From contig NW_021834572.1 of NCBI RefSeq assembly GCF_006345805.1, positions 1 to 47,922 on the forward strand: DNA of 47,922 nucleotides, read 5' to 3'. The translations under genes and the position numbers were made by a program. Source of the DNA: Octopus sinensis (Eukaryota). The notes beneath the pieces are model-generated. The model was given only the letters and a program-made list of their open reading frames with translations. It had not been told where the DNA came from and made no database searches. Below are positions 1 through 10,717 of this stretch, piece by piece. Numbering within the stretch: position 1 is the first letter of the stretch; every line of letters starts with the position of its first letter.

Positions 1-65
1 GCAGCTAAACTCAAACAGCTAAGTAGTTTGTAATTCAGAAACCAAAGAAAATAAAACATTTACCC

Positions 66-168
66 TTATCATCTTGACTATTCATAGTTTCGACATACAT
101 CTTGGCCAAACCGATTTAATTAAATTAAATTAAATCTATTCCACTGGTCTGTCTCGTCAGCAAAGAAG
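66..168 (-). ncRNA. Type I hammerhead ribozyme-like motif (PLE-type, long stem II)
   Basis: Minus strand reads CTGACGA-gaca...tgtc-GAAAC-TATGAATA-GTC. Stem II is closed by GACA/TGTC and capped by GATTTAATT/AATTAAATC. Stem III ACTAT-GA-ATAGT is near-palindromic. Stem I is imperfect. Confidence 0.65.
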
Positions 169-231
169 CCAAAGAAATATATATCCACGAGGCGACAGCA
201 TCGACGCCTATATAATATATAATATATATCA

Positions 232-262
<31 letters not shown>

Positions 263-270
<8 letters not shown>

Positions 271-486
271 TATTTATGTAAAATACAGTGTACATTAAAA
301 CACATTAAGAGGCTTCCATCATAGGAACCCATCACGCTAGAAATAACAGTTTAAGTCCAAACCACTAAGTATGGATAAATTCTCGTGGTTTGAACTTTAA
401 CTGTTCTTTTTAGCATAATGAATTCCTATGATGGGAGTCTCTTAATGTGTTTTAATGTACATTGTATTTTATATGAATATATATGT
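263..486. repeat. Foldback palindrome 1 (MITE-like or inversion product)
   Basis: About 100-bp arms, e.g. TACAGTGTACATTAAAACACATTAAGAGGCTTCCATCATAGGAA vs revcomp TACAATGTACATTAAAACACATTAAGAGACTCCCATCATAGGAA. Loop of ~19 nt at 366-384. Confidence 0.85.
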
Positions 487-658
487 AGTATATTGACTAT
501 TTTTGTTACGCTAGACCACTGGTAGTAGAAATTTCTAAAATTTTGATTACCCTCATATTGTTCATTTTATATATATATATATACTAAATTAAACTTTCAT
601 TGAATGTCAATAAAGAAAGTTTGCTTTAGAAGCGTTGAGATGTATTGCAAGGAACAGA

Positions 659-933
659 TAAAGAAATATTTTATTCTTAAACGCAGGAGAATGCTAATAA
701 TATTGTATGAACAGGATAAACTTATCCATATTTTGCAGAAAAATCTGTCGGCGGCCAGCCATGAGACTCGAACACATATACCTGTAATTAGCCCTTGAGT
801 GGTAATCACAGGGATGTGAGTTCGAGTCTCATGGCTGGCTGGCGACAGATTTTTCTGAAAAATATGGATAAGTCTATCCTGTTCACGAAATATTATTAGC
901 ATTCTCCTGCGTTTAAGAATAGAATTATTTCCT
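659..933. repeat. Foldback palindrome 2
   Basis: About 135-bp arms (TATTCTTAAACGCAGGAGAATGCTAATAATATT...CATGAGACTCGAAC mirrored), centred near 797. This explains the near-identical ORFs 604-798(+) and 597-902(-). Confidence 0.9.
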
Positions 934-979
934 TACTTATATATACTAATATGTTTGTATATATATATATCTCTTTCTC

Positions 980-1385
980 TTTTTTCTCTTTTACTTGTTT
1001 CAGTCATTTGACTGCGGCCATGCTGGAGCACCGCCTTTAATCGAGCAACTCGACCCCAGGACTTTTGTAAGCCCAGTACTTATTTTATCGGTCTCTTTTG
1101 CCGAACCGCTAAGTCACGGGGACATAAACACACCAGCATCGTTTGTCAAGCAATGCTAGGGGGACAAACACAGACACACAAACACATACACACACATATA
1201 TATATATATATACATATATACGACAGGCTTCTTTCAGTTTCCGTCAACCAAATCCACTCACAAGGCTTTGGTCGGCCCGAGGCTATAGTAGAAGACACTT
1301 ACCCAAGGTGCCACGCAGTGGGACTGAACCCGAAACCATGTGGTTAGTAAACAAGCTACTTACCACACAGCCACTCCTGCGCCTA
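980..1385 (-). mobile_element. tRNA-derived SINE with internal microsatellite (octopus OK-like family), near full length
   Basis: Minus strand has head TAGGCGCAGGAGTGGCTGTGTGGTAAG...GGTTTCGGGTTCAGTCCC, an internal (TA/TG)n and tail CAGTCAAATGACTGAAACAAGTAAAAG. Family name from recall. Confidence 0.8.
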
Positions 1386-1430
1386 TATATATATATGTGT
1401 ATGTATGTATGTATGTATGTATGTATGTAT

Positions 1431-1461
<31 letters not shown>

Positions 1462-1585
1462 GTCACAGTCAAATGACTGAAACAAGTAAAAGAGTAATAT
1501 ATAAATCTATCTATCTATCTAGCTAGCTATCTATCTATCTATCTATCTATCTATCTCTCTATATATATATACACATATATATATA

Positions 1586-1617
<32 letters not shown>

Positions 1618-1627
1618 AGTGTGTGTA

Positions 1628-1787
1628 TGACAGACTACTTTCAGTTTCTACCAAATCCACACACAAGGTTTTGGTCAACCCAAGGCTATAGAAGAAAATA
1701 CTTTTCGAAGGTCCCACGCAGTGGAACTGAAACCAGAACGGTGTGTTTCGGCGCAAGATACTTACCACAAAGTCACACATGCGCCTA
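1628..1787 (-). mobile_element. OK-like SINE, 5' half
   Basis: Homologous to 1225-1385. Confidence 0.75.
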
Positions 1788-1861
1788 TAACACACACACA
1801 CACACACACTCACACGCATTAGAAATTAAAATGACAAGGGAAAAGAAATTATATCATGTAC

Positions 1862-1950
1862 TCATTAGCTTACGGCTGTTTCTGCTATGATATGCAATAC
1901 TCATAAGTTGAGCGATTGTATATCACCCTCCAGCTTCATCAGACGTTACA
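1862..1950 (-). ncRNA. Type I hammerhead ribozyme-like motif (decayed)
   Basis: CTGATGA (1942-1936) ... GAAAC-AGCC-GTA (1882-1871). Long stem II TGATAT/ATATCA, CAAT/ATTG, CTCA/TGAG. Stem I poorly paired. Confidence 0.6.
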
Positions 1951-1977
1951 AAGGAAGTGCAATTATAATTAGAAAAC

Positions 1978-1981
1978 TATG

Positions 1982-2013
<32 letters not shown>

Positions 2014-2040
2014 TATATACATATATATATATATATATTA

Positions 2041-2080
<40 letters not shown>

Positions 2081-2145
2081 TATATATAAAATAATATATA
2101 TACACACACATATATATATGTAGATATATATATGTGCATATGTAT

Positions 2146-2193
<48 letters not shown>

Positions 2194-2230
2194 TATCTAT
2201 ATATACAAACACACACACACATACACATAT
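1978..2230. repeat. (TA)n/(CA)n microsatellite
   Basis: Directly visible. Confidence 0.95.
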
Positions 2231-3519
2231 ATAGAAACAGCTATAAGCTAACGTATTTCACGATATAAGTTGTATTTCTCATGTCATTTTAATTACTTAT
2301 CACTGCTCTTATACCGAATGACGCTTTGTCCTGAAGCATATGTAATATAGAGTTCTAACACCAGCTTATTAGTTTTGCGACGCACAAGCGAAATAATAAT
2401 GTTTGTGTGTGTTTGTGTGAGAGTACGAGCGTTTGTTTGTGAGTGTACGTATATATGTATACAAATGTATACACACAAAAAGACACAGATATTATACACA
2501 CGCAAACAAACACACTAACACTCACACACACGCACAAATGTGTCACAATATTTTATGTATGCGTTACATTTTCTTTTTTGTTCGTCTGTATTAAACGAAA
2601 ATATTTGCTTTTCATTCTGTTCTGAGTTCATGTTTATGTTTTGCGGAATTCTTTATATTTTTTGATTGACATTTGGAATGTAAATACTGTATAGTTTATA
2701 TTTAAAATTACGTAGAATACATTGTGGACATGTATATTACGAAATTTATAAATTTCGATTTAAACACCTTCTTAAATCTGGTTCCTGTTTGACACCAAAG
2801 AGACATATTTTCTCGTTTGCTGCTAAAGTGTGAAACTATATTGGACTATGAATTTTATTCTTTGTCAGACAGCACTGTGTAAATTCAAGCAAATTTTACC
2901 GTTATTTCTAGCACTTTGAACCTCTATGTTTATATGTTGAGTCTTTCTCCTGAGCTTTTCCGTAAATATTTAAGCATCTGGACTACCATTAAAATGTGAA
3001 CATCATTTCCTTATTTATTTTATGATTTTTGTATTTGGTTTGCAAGATTCTTGATGTAAACTTGTATGTTGTAAACAGATTTTCTTGTACATCGGGAACG
3101 TCATTACGCCAATAATAAACACATGCACTGGTTCAATTTCACTTTTTCAGCTGACCTGGTGTAGAGCAGGTATCTCATTGAAGCGTTCGTGAATAGTAGC
3201 AAAAGAATTTTGAGAAACATTACTGACTGGGTGATTAACCGAATAGGTTACCCAGTCAATCAATTGGTTAATTCATTCGATATTTAAACACTTAATAAAT
3301 GATAAAGAAGTGAAATATAATCAACGCGTGCGTTTATCATTGTCATAATGACCCAGCCGAGGCACAGCAAAAACACTTTTAAGTTTATTTCGTTGTAATT
3401 CTTTTGTTCCATATCAATCTTAATCACAACTGACCAATCTCCAAAGGTGTTCCATTTATGCCATACCATATTTTGGTGTGTCATGACTACATTTTGTAAT
3501 GCAGGCATCTTTACTTTAG

Positions 3520-3665
3520 TGAGTATGTATAGCGGTAAGAGTGTCGAACAAAATGCCATGCGATATTCCTTACGACACTCTGCTCTCTGAGTTCAAATCC
3601 CGCCAGCTTTGTCTTTCATCGTTTTGGAGCTGATAAAAAGAAAATGTACCAATCCAGGTGGGCGG
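3520..3665 (+). mobile_element. Decayed SINE fragment (Meta-domain-like family)
   Basis: GAGTTCAAATCCCGCC...GTCTTTCATCGTTTTGGAGCTGATAAAA resembles the 26046-26250 copy. Confidence 0.5.
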
Positions 3666-4149
3666 ATTGACGAATCTGTAATAATGTAAGATGGCCGTTT
3701 GTGATTCTTTGCAGTATCTGTTCAAGCGCTTTTTGTGTTCTGGCAGCAACAAGTACAATGACACAGGGAACAAGCGGTTTTCGACCCAAGCTAGTGGATT
3801 TTCTTGGAATAATCAGCAATGACGTAAGCGATGAGACTTGTATGTTTGGACAACTTCAAGTCTTTCTTTAAAAAATGTTGCACTGGTCAACATATACACG
3901 TCCAGATGTATGATCGACTTTGTCGGAGATTCAACGTATTTAAGACTATAGGATGTAATTTGTCGGAGGTTCGACATAATAATTTTGCCCTAGTTACTAA
4001 TTATATAACATAGCTTACCGTACCGAAACACCACGGTTCATTTAATTCCACAGTTTTATTTTATCTTGGATCGACATGGTTTGGTGTTTACGTTTGACAT
4101 TACCATTGATGGTCTCACTTCATTAACCTGTAATGGCCATGACTAAGAG

Positions 4150-4498
4150 TCTGGGCCTGGGACCCCCTTCGGTCACGACAATGACCATGGATTTGCACCT
4201 AGAAAGTTACCCTCCTAGTCACAAGTCTGGGCAAGGTGGTTTATGGAAGACCAGCAGTCACCCATGCATACCGGCCTCCCCTCTCCACAGCACTGATGTT
4301 ATCCAAGGGAAAGGCAAAGGAGCCGATGCAGCTTGGCACCCGCGACGTCGCAACTCATTTCTAGAGCTGAGTTAACTGGAGCAACGTGAAATAAAGTGTC
4401 TTGCTCAAGAACACAGCACGCAGCCCGGTCCGGGATTCGAGATCACAACCTCACGATCGTAAGCTCGACGCTCTAACCACTGAGCCATGCAGCTTCCA
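4150..4498 (-). mobile_element. tRNA-derived SINE (OR2/Nin-like)
   Basis: Minus strand A-box TGGCTCAGTGG, B-box-like TCTCGAATCCC, then CTTGAGCAAGACACTTTATTTCACGTTGCT. Second copy at 45630-45950. Confidence 0.8.
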
Positions 4499-4852
4499 CT
4501 TCCGTAACTAAGAGTAACTTCTAGCAAAATAAGCAGAGGGCATCTTAGAATTTTGCCATAAACAAATGCAGTGTAAATAATGCATATAATTACATGGGAT
4601 ATCTAACGCCACATTTTCTCGCGCAGTGAACTAGACTATTTCAAATTTTCCCTCGTGATTTACCAATATTAAAGGTGGTGCCAGAAAATCAGTTGACAGA
4701 AAATCGGTGATGTACTAAATCTCTCTGAAATTATCGGACCAAATCATTCTGAAATTTTCCTCTATCTTCTTATAAAATACTACGACACATTAGCTAATGT
4801 GCAGGAGATATTATATTCCATAATATAAAACAAGATTGTCATGGCTGAATTA

Positions 4853-5086
4853 TCTATTTCTTTACTACCCACAAGAGGCTAAACATAGAAGGGACAAACA
4901 AGGACAGACAAACAGATCAATTCGATTACATCGATCCCAGTGCGTAACTGGTACTTAATTTATCGACCCCGAAAGGATGAAAGGCAAAATCGACTTCGGC
5001 GGAATTTGATCTCAGAACGTAATGGCAGACGAAATACGGCTACGCATTTCGTCTGGCGTGCTAACGTTTCTGCCAGCTCGCCGCTT
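4853..5086 (-). mobile_element. tRNA-derived SINE with Meta-like central domain
   Basis: Minus strand GGCGAGCTGGCAGAAACGTTAGCACGCC...GCCTTTCATCCTTTCGGGGTCGATAAATTAAGTACC. Many copies in the window. Confidence 0.85.
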
Positions 5087-5415
5087 TACCTATCTTTGAG
5101 CATATTTCTGTTCGATAATTGGCCGGCTCAGGTTCAAACACCTCAAATGGAATTTGAATTCGGAATGCAAACGGACAACTAAATATCTTATGCCATTGAA
5201 CAGATTAATTTTATTATCGATTTCTTTCATTGCTTTACAAGAACAATATTTCACGATTAAAAGACTTGGGAGACAAACCATGAAAAAACTGGAAACTGGA
5301 TATTCAGTCTGACTGTTAACAACAGAGTGGGCCCCACAGGAGACATAGCAAAAGCGATGCTCATCTCTTTATATGTAAACGGCAAAATGTGTGTGTGTGT
5401 GTGTGTGTGTGCGTG

Positions 5416-5738
5416 TCCTTTATACATATCCACAATTTTTCAGTTAGAGGGCTCGCACTTTCTATGGTCATTCGTCCAAGGGTGGTCGTGCACATCTTTA
5501 CATTTCCCCAGTCATCCCACAAACTCATTAAAAAAATCAACAGAAGTGACTTTTTTTGTGAATTTTCTATCCAAAACCCAATCAAAATGCCCGAAACTTG
5601 ATACGCCAATTGAATGCCAGCTAGCTGTATGTGATTGGTCGGAGATTTGGACAGTACTCGCGGACAGTACTAGCTGTATGTGATTGGTCGGATATTTGGA
5701 CAGCACTATGACCCGGCGTTGCCGAGTGATGGTGCTAG
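5416..5738 (+). mobile_element. Non-autonomous Helitron
   Basis: 5' TC. 3' hairpin ACCCGGC-GTT-GCCGAGT followed by CTAG|T at 5735-5739. Internal ~37-bp tandem duplication TAGCTGTATGTGATTGGTCGGA.ATTTGGACAG. Confidence 0.6.
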
Positions 5739-5799
5739 TGTGCATTAAATATGTTCCCAAGACCAGTACAGTTCAGCAGTGTGGCTTCAAGATAGTGTT

Positions 5800-6260
5800 C
5801 TTTCTTATTGAAGCTCTCGTTTCTTAGGGAGAACAGAATATCTATGACTTTCCTCCACTGTTCTATGTAAGCTGTTCATCTACAAAGTCTTGTTGGTTCG
5901 AACAGTTATCAATGCTTCTGCAACTATTTTTCCAGGTAGGGGTGTTAACTCTACACAAACCCATTTTTACCTCTGGGAAAAAGGTGGTCTATATTAGTTT
6001 GGCCTCTATCATTTGGCATGTCCATTATGGGAGTTCTTACCAGGAACTTGAGCTCTGCTGGAATGATTTCCAAAGTCATTGAAGCACACCATTCCGCATC
6101 AATAGATGTGTTCGATCTAATCTTTCTCGCTAAGCTTGGTCGAACAGAGTCTGTATTTTTTTTTGCTACAGTCAAGAAGCAGAGCAGCGTCACGTGTCTC
6201 TTTATTGGTAGGAAGGAGCCCTGGCTTGAATGCTTGCAATAGTGTGGCATCAAAAAAAAA
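5800..6260 (-). mobile_element. Decayed RTE-like LINE 3' fragment
   Basis: Translated pieces IMDMPNDR and EQWRKVIDILFSLRNE resemble RTE ORF C-termini. Frameshifted. Confidence 0.5.
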
Positions 6261-6344
6261 ACACGTCCAAGGACGTAGTGATGGTGGCGATGCTAGATCG
6301 GTCGACAGTTTAAACCAACGACACAAAATTACAAAAGACACATC

Positions 6345-6420
6345 TCTAGTTGTGATCGAACCCCGTAATGTTACGACTGAGAATTAAACGTCTTAACCAC
6401 ATGGCTATGCCGATGCCTAT
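6345..6420 (-). mobile_element. tRNA-like SINE head fragment
   Basis: TAGCCATGTGGTTAAG (A box) and GGTTCGATC (B box). Confidence 0.55.
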
Positions 6421-6953
6421 TTGAACATCAAGAGACGCAATCTGATACCAGAAAACATTTAGTCCGTCAGGCAATCCACTTATAATTGTATGTTAGTATA
6501 TGTGAGCAAATATAAAAATGCTCACATATGCGGGTGGTATTAAATGAAAGTAAATTTTCTGAAAGCTTATATTGCTTTATAGGTGTTTGAAAACTGATCT
6601 TAATCCTCCTAGTTTCATGCTTCAAAAATTTTTTAAAATGCTTCACGTTAACACTTTTATTGCCAGCCGTTCTCAGACTACATCTGGTTTTATGATATAA
6701 GAACATTCTGTTTTAGTGTTTATATCTAAATTAAATTAAATTGAAGTCTTCCTTCAGAGTACGCTGTAAGAAACATTTTGTTTAGTTATGATATAAACAC
6801 TAGATTAATGTAGCGACAGTTCAGAGGTTAGAGAAAGGCGGAGAATATCAAGTGTTCTTAAAATGTATAGGTGAATGCCTTGTTCCCCAAGTTCAAATCT
6901 GGCCGAGGTTAATAAATTAATTACAAAACAGATAATGGAGTAGGACTCTCTGT

Positions 6954-7406
6954 GGATCTTTTCGACTTGAACGGCAGTTTTTAACATAATTTCTAGGTAA
7001 CTAAAAAATTTTAAACTTCGTATACTGGTAGAATGTGTTTATAAAACATCTTTTTCTCTTGGCTTTATTGAGAAAATTCTATAGTTCGTAAGATATTTGG
7101 GGTTTTTTTCTTCAATTTCTGCAATTTCAACCAATCACTGACGTCTATTGAGGTAAAAAAAAACAAAACATTCTGTGCCGTATGAATATGTCCCTCGTTT
7201 AAGAAACAGGGATTGGGTTTATTTACATTTGGGAAGAAAAAAGATACCCTCTCCCATAACCCTAACCCTAACCCATAACCTAATCCAAACTAACCCTAAC
7301 CCTAAAAGAGATTGAAATGCAATAGATCGATACTAGGGTCATAATTATGGGTGACAATTTCATATGACACCGCTAGAAAAAAATGCCGTTCAAACCGAAA
7401 AGATCC
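6954..7406. mobile_element. MITE with ~28-bp TIRs, GG termini and 8-bp TSD (Merlin-like; hAT not excluded)
   Basis: TIRs GGATCTTTTCGACTTGAACGGCAGTTTTT and revcomp GGATCTTTTCGGTTTGAACGGCATTTTTT. TSD CTCTCTGT at 6946-6953 and 7407-7414. (TAACCC)n at 7257-7304. Confidence 0.88.
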
Positions 7407-7838
7407 CTCTCTGTTCTTTTTATCGAAAGAAGCTCTATGTCAAAACCACAAAACAGTCGTTCACTTTATGCTACCACAAATCCTCTGCCTACCTTTCTGT
7501 TGTTACAGCATAATAGAAAAGAAAGAAATATACTTAAGGAATTGATTTTTGTGAACCGACCACATGAACACCAGTTCGAAGTTCATTCGGGAACTCTAAT
7601 AAACTTTGCAATAGGAGATAACGAGAAAAACTCTTTCCTCTTATTCGACCTCTTAGTAGTAACGGCCAAATCTCCATCAATTTGCACATTACTGCTTTAA
7701 ATGTATCAATTATGCATTATGTTATACACTCTTAAGTATGCCTTTCATCCGAAAATAAAAACAAGTTGGTCATTTCTGAAATGTTTCTGATAGTATACCT
7801 ATTCGATCACAGTACATACAAACATACATAGATGCATG

Positions 7839-8092
<254 letters not shown>

Positions 8093-8246
8093 GTGGCTTG
8101 CTCGCTTAGTCAGCAGGGTGGCGTCATTGAAGGCTAAAACAATGCGAAGCGCATTGTGACCAGCGATGTATAGCAACCTGATGGCCTGGTCAGAAGGGCA
8201 CCCAACCAATTTTTGGGAGTTACATGTATGGATCAAACCAATCTGG

Positions 8247-8312
8247 TTCAAATTTGTTGGTACTCTTGGGTTTCAAGCGTGGTGCTAGTCATCAGCCATT
8301 TTGAAATTTGAA
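8247..8312 (-). ncRNA. Compact type I hammerhead ribozyme-like motif downstream of a PLE
   Basis: TTCAAATTT-caaaa-TGG-CTGATGA-ctAGC-accac-GCTt-GAAAC-ccaaga-GTA-CCA-ac-AAATTTGAA. Stem I is 3 bp + internal loop + 9 bp, and the core motifs are intact. Confidence 0.65.
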
Positions 8313-8654
8313 TGACAGAAGTTGATTAATACCGTAAGGTGAGCTGCGATTGGTCGAGGAAGGTCACGCAGTGTCGTGGTTTGATGCTGGTATATGGGTA
8401 ATAGTTAGTTGGAAAATACCACATGGCGAACAGGAAATTGACAACGTGGAAGACAGGAAATTAAAGCACGTGGCGATTAGAAATCGGTCAGGTTGCTGCG
8501 TCTGGGCGGCGGTGTGGCAATGGATGGCATATGGAAGTATATTGTTCTGTATGTGGGTGTACAGAAGCGCTCATATAGTTTTGCGTGAAAGTGTATATTG
8601 ATGCGAGTGTGTACATCTGTACATGGGCGCGCATGCGAGCGTGTGCTTGGACGA

Positions 8655-8790
<136 letters not shown>

Positions 8791-8959
8791 ACATACACAC
8801 ACGTGCACACATTGCACGCAAACATACACACATGTGTATTCATTCATATTTACATATGTATATTCGTATGCATTCGCACGCATGCGTGCGCGAGTATACC
8901 TGCGCGAAACAAACGTTGGGAATTGGCAAGCGTTGGAGATTGGTATGCGTTGGCAGTTA

Positions 8960-9786
8960 GTAAAAGTTGAGGATTGGTAAATAGCGGTTCAGCGCATGGG
9001 GTGGGTTGTTTGGTAGCGGTGACCTTGGTGCAGGCTGTGCAGAGTAGCAGCTGGTGCTAAGATGGTACATCCAGGTTGTTGGTAGTCATAAACCTGGAAT
9101 TTGTCAGAAGGCTATACCTCTGGCGATCGCAATACAATAAATCATACTTCTTGTTGATGGATACTGCGGGTTGTCAGAGGATATGCAGTTTTTCGCTGAA
9201 GGAGAGCTAGCGGTTGGGGGCACCGGGTGAAAATGGTGGAACTCTGTCGATGTTGTTGTCTGCGATGTTGCCAAAGCAGGAGTTGCTCACCATGACATTA
9301 TAGGGGTAGAAGAGTTTGTAATACTTATGGCCTCTAGGGAAGTGTTTCTTGATTAACGCTGAAGGAGAGCTGGCGGTTGGGGACACCGGGTGAAAATGGT
9401 GGCACCCTGCGATGTTGTCTAAGTAGGGAAGTGATTAACGGCAGAAAGCACCTAGCCACGTTGGTGGTAATTTATAGGTTAAAAGTGGGTGTTATACAAT
9501 ATAACTTTCTTTCTCCTAATCCTTTTGGGGTGAGAAGAGGGTGTTTGGGAGTTGTCCACATACGTGAGCTTCTCCTGGCTAAAGCATCGTTGTAGCGGGT
9601 AGGGGAGCATCCTTGTTAAAGATTTCTCTATTGGCCGAGAGATTAGTTAGTTATTTACTAATGCCTGGAACCAGATTTCTAATTACAGCTGAGGGGGGGG
9701 GGATGGTTTGATCTCTTGAAGATGTATACTGTATCAAAGTAAGGCTCCCTGTATGGGTAATACTTTCCCGTATTGAGGTCTAAGGT
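8960..9786 (-). mobile_element. Penelope-like retroelement remnant (RT thumb/linker toward GIY-YIG; Naiad-like)
   Basis: Translates to LDLNTGKYYPYREP..VYIFKRSNHPP, NLSANREIFNKDAPY..YNDALA and LIKKHFPRGHKYYKLF..NVMVSNSCFGNI. Contains stops and frameshifts. Confidence 0.8.
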
Positions 9787-9796
9787 TACATGCAGA

Positions 9797-9925
9797 CGTG
9801 ACAGTGTGGTAAGAAGCTTGCTTCTCAATCGCATGGTTCCACGTTCAGTCCTTGGGAAAATATCTTCTACTATAGCTTCCGGCGAGTGGATTTCATAGAT
9901 GGAAACTCAAAGAAGCCCGTTGTAT
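9797..9925 (+). mobile_element. OK-like SINE 5' fragment
   Basis: GTGTGGTAAGAAGCTTGCTTCTCAATCGCATGGTTCC...GAAACTCAAAGAAGCCCG. Confidence 0.7.
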
Positions 9926-10486
9926 ATATATACATATACACACACACGCACACACGCATATATATATTATTTTCTTTTATATGTTTCAGGATAAAAATTA
10001 ACTCTACAGGCAGTGGTTGAAGAATGCCAGAGTTTTATAAATTTATGACATGACGCGGATAAAATTGAAGAAAAAGCTTACTCTCAGATACGTGCATATC
10101 GACCTGAAATGGATAAGAAAAAAGAAAAACGAACGTCAAGACCAAATCCATGCTATGGATGAGGAAGTTTATATTTAAAAAGTAATTGTCCTTTTAAAAA
10201 TCGTAAATGTGTTGATTGCGGAAAAATCGGGCATAAAGCTTACATTGTGCAGCGGAAAAAACTGGTTCAAACAAAAAAAATCAGTAAATTTATACATGGA
10301 AGAAATTTCTGTCTGCAGATAGACCAGCGCCCATTATTGTCGATCTATGAATCAAAAAAAGGGTATCCCAACATATACAGCCAACAGATTGCAGCACTTG
10401 GGAACGATTCTACTGAATTACGACTTCAAAATGAAGTATTTGCCATCGAAAAATTGGGACATGTAGATGGTTTGAAAACGTTAATA

Positions 10487-10717
10487 TCTATTTCTTTACT
10501 ACCCACAAGGGACTAAACACAGAGGACAAACAAGAACAGACAAACGGATTAAGTCGATTATAACGACCCCAGTGCGTAACTGGTACTTATTTAATCGACC
10601 CCGAAAGGATGAAAGGCAAAGTTGACCTCGGCGGAATTTGAACTCAGAACGTAGCGGCAGACGAAATACCGCAAAGCATTTCGCCCGGCGTGCTAACGTT
10701 TCTGCCAGCTCGTCGCC
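10487..10717 (-). mobile_element. Meta-like SINE inserted in the Gypsy element, with ~16-bp TSD
   Basis: TSD TTTGAAAACGTTAATA (10471-10486) vs TTTGACAAGGTTAATA (10718-10733). Confidence 0.88.

Noticed and set aside
3284-3559. 91-aa minus ORF with a hydrophobic C-terminal half
   Set aside because: No recognisable domain or convincing splice sites.
4420-4498. tRNA-like sequences (also 45635-45705, 6345-6420)
   Set aside because: They are SINE heads continuing into SINE bodies, without a complete cloverleaf.
8960-9786. Possible selenoprotein (UGA-recoding) Naiad-type PLE
   Set aside because: The fragment is too decayed to tell in-frame UGA from random stops, and no SECIS was recognised.
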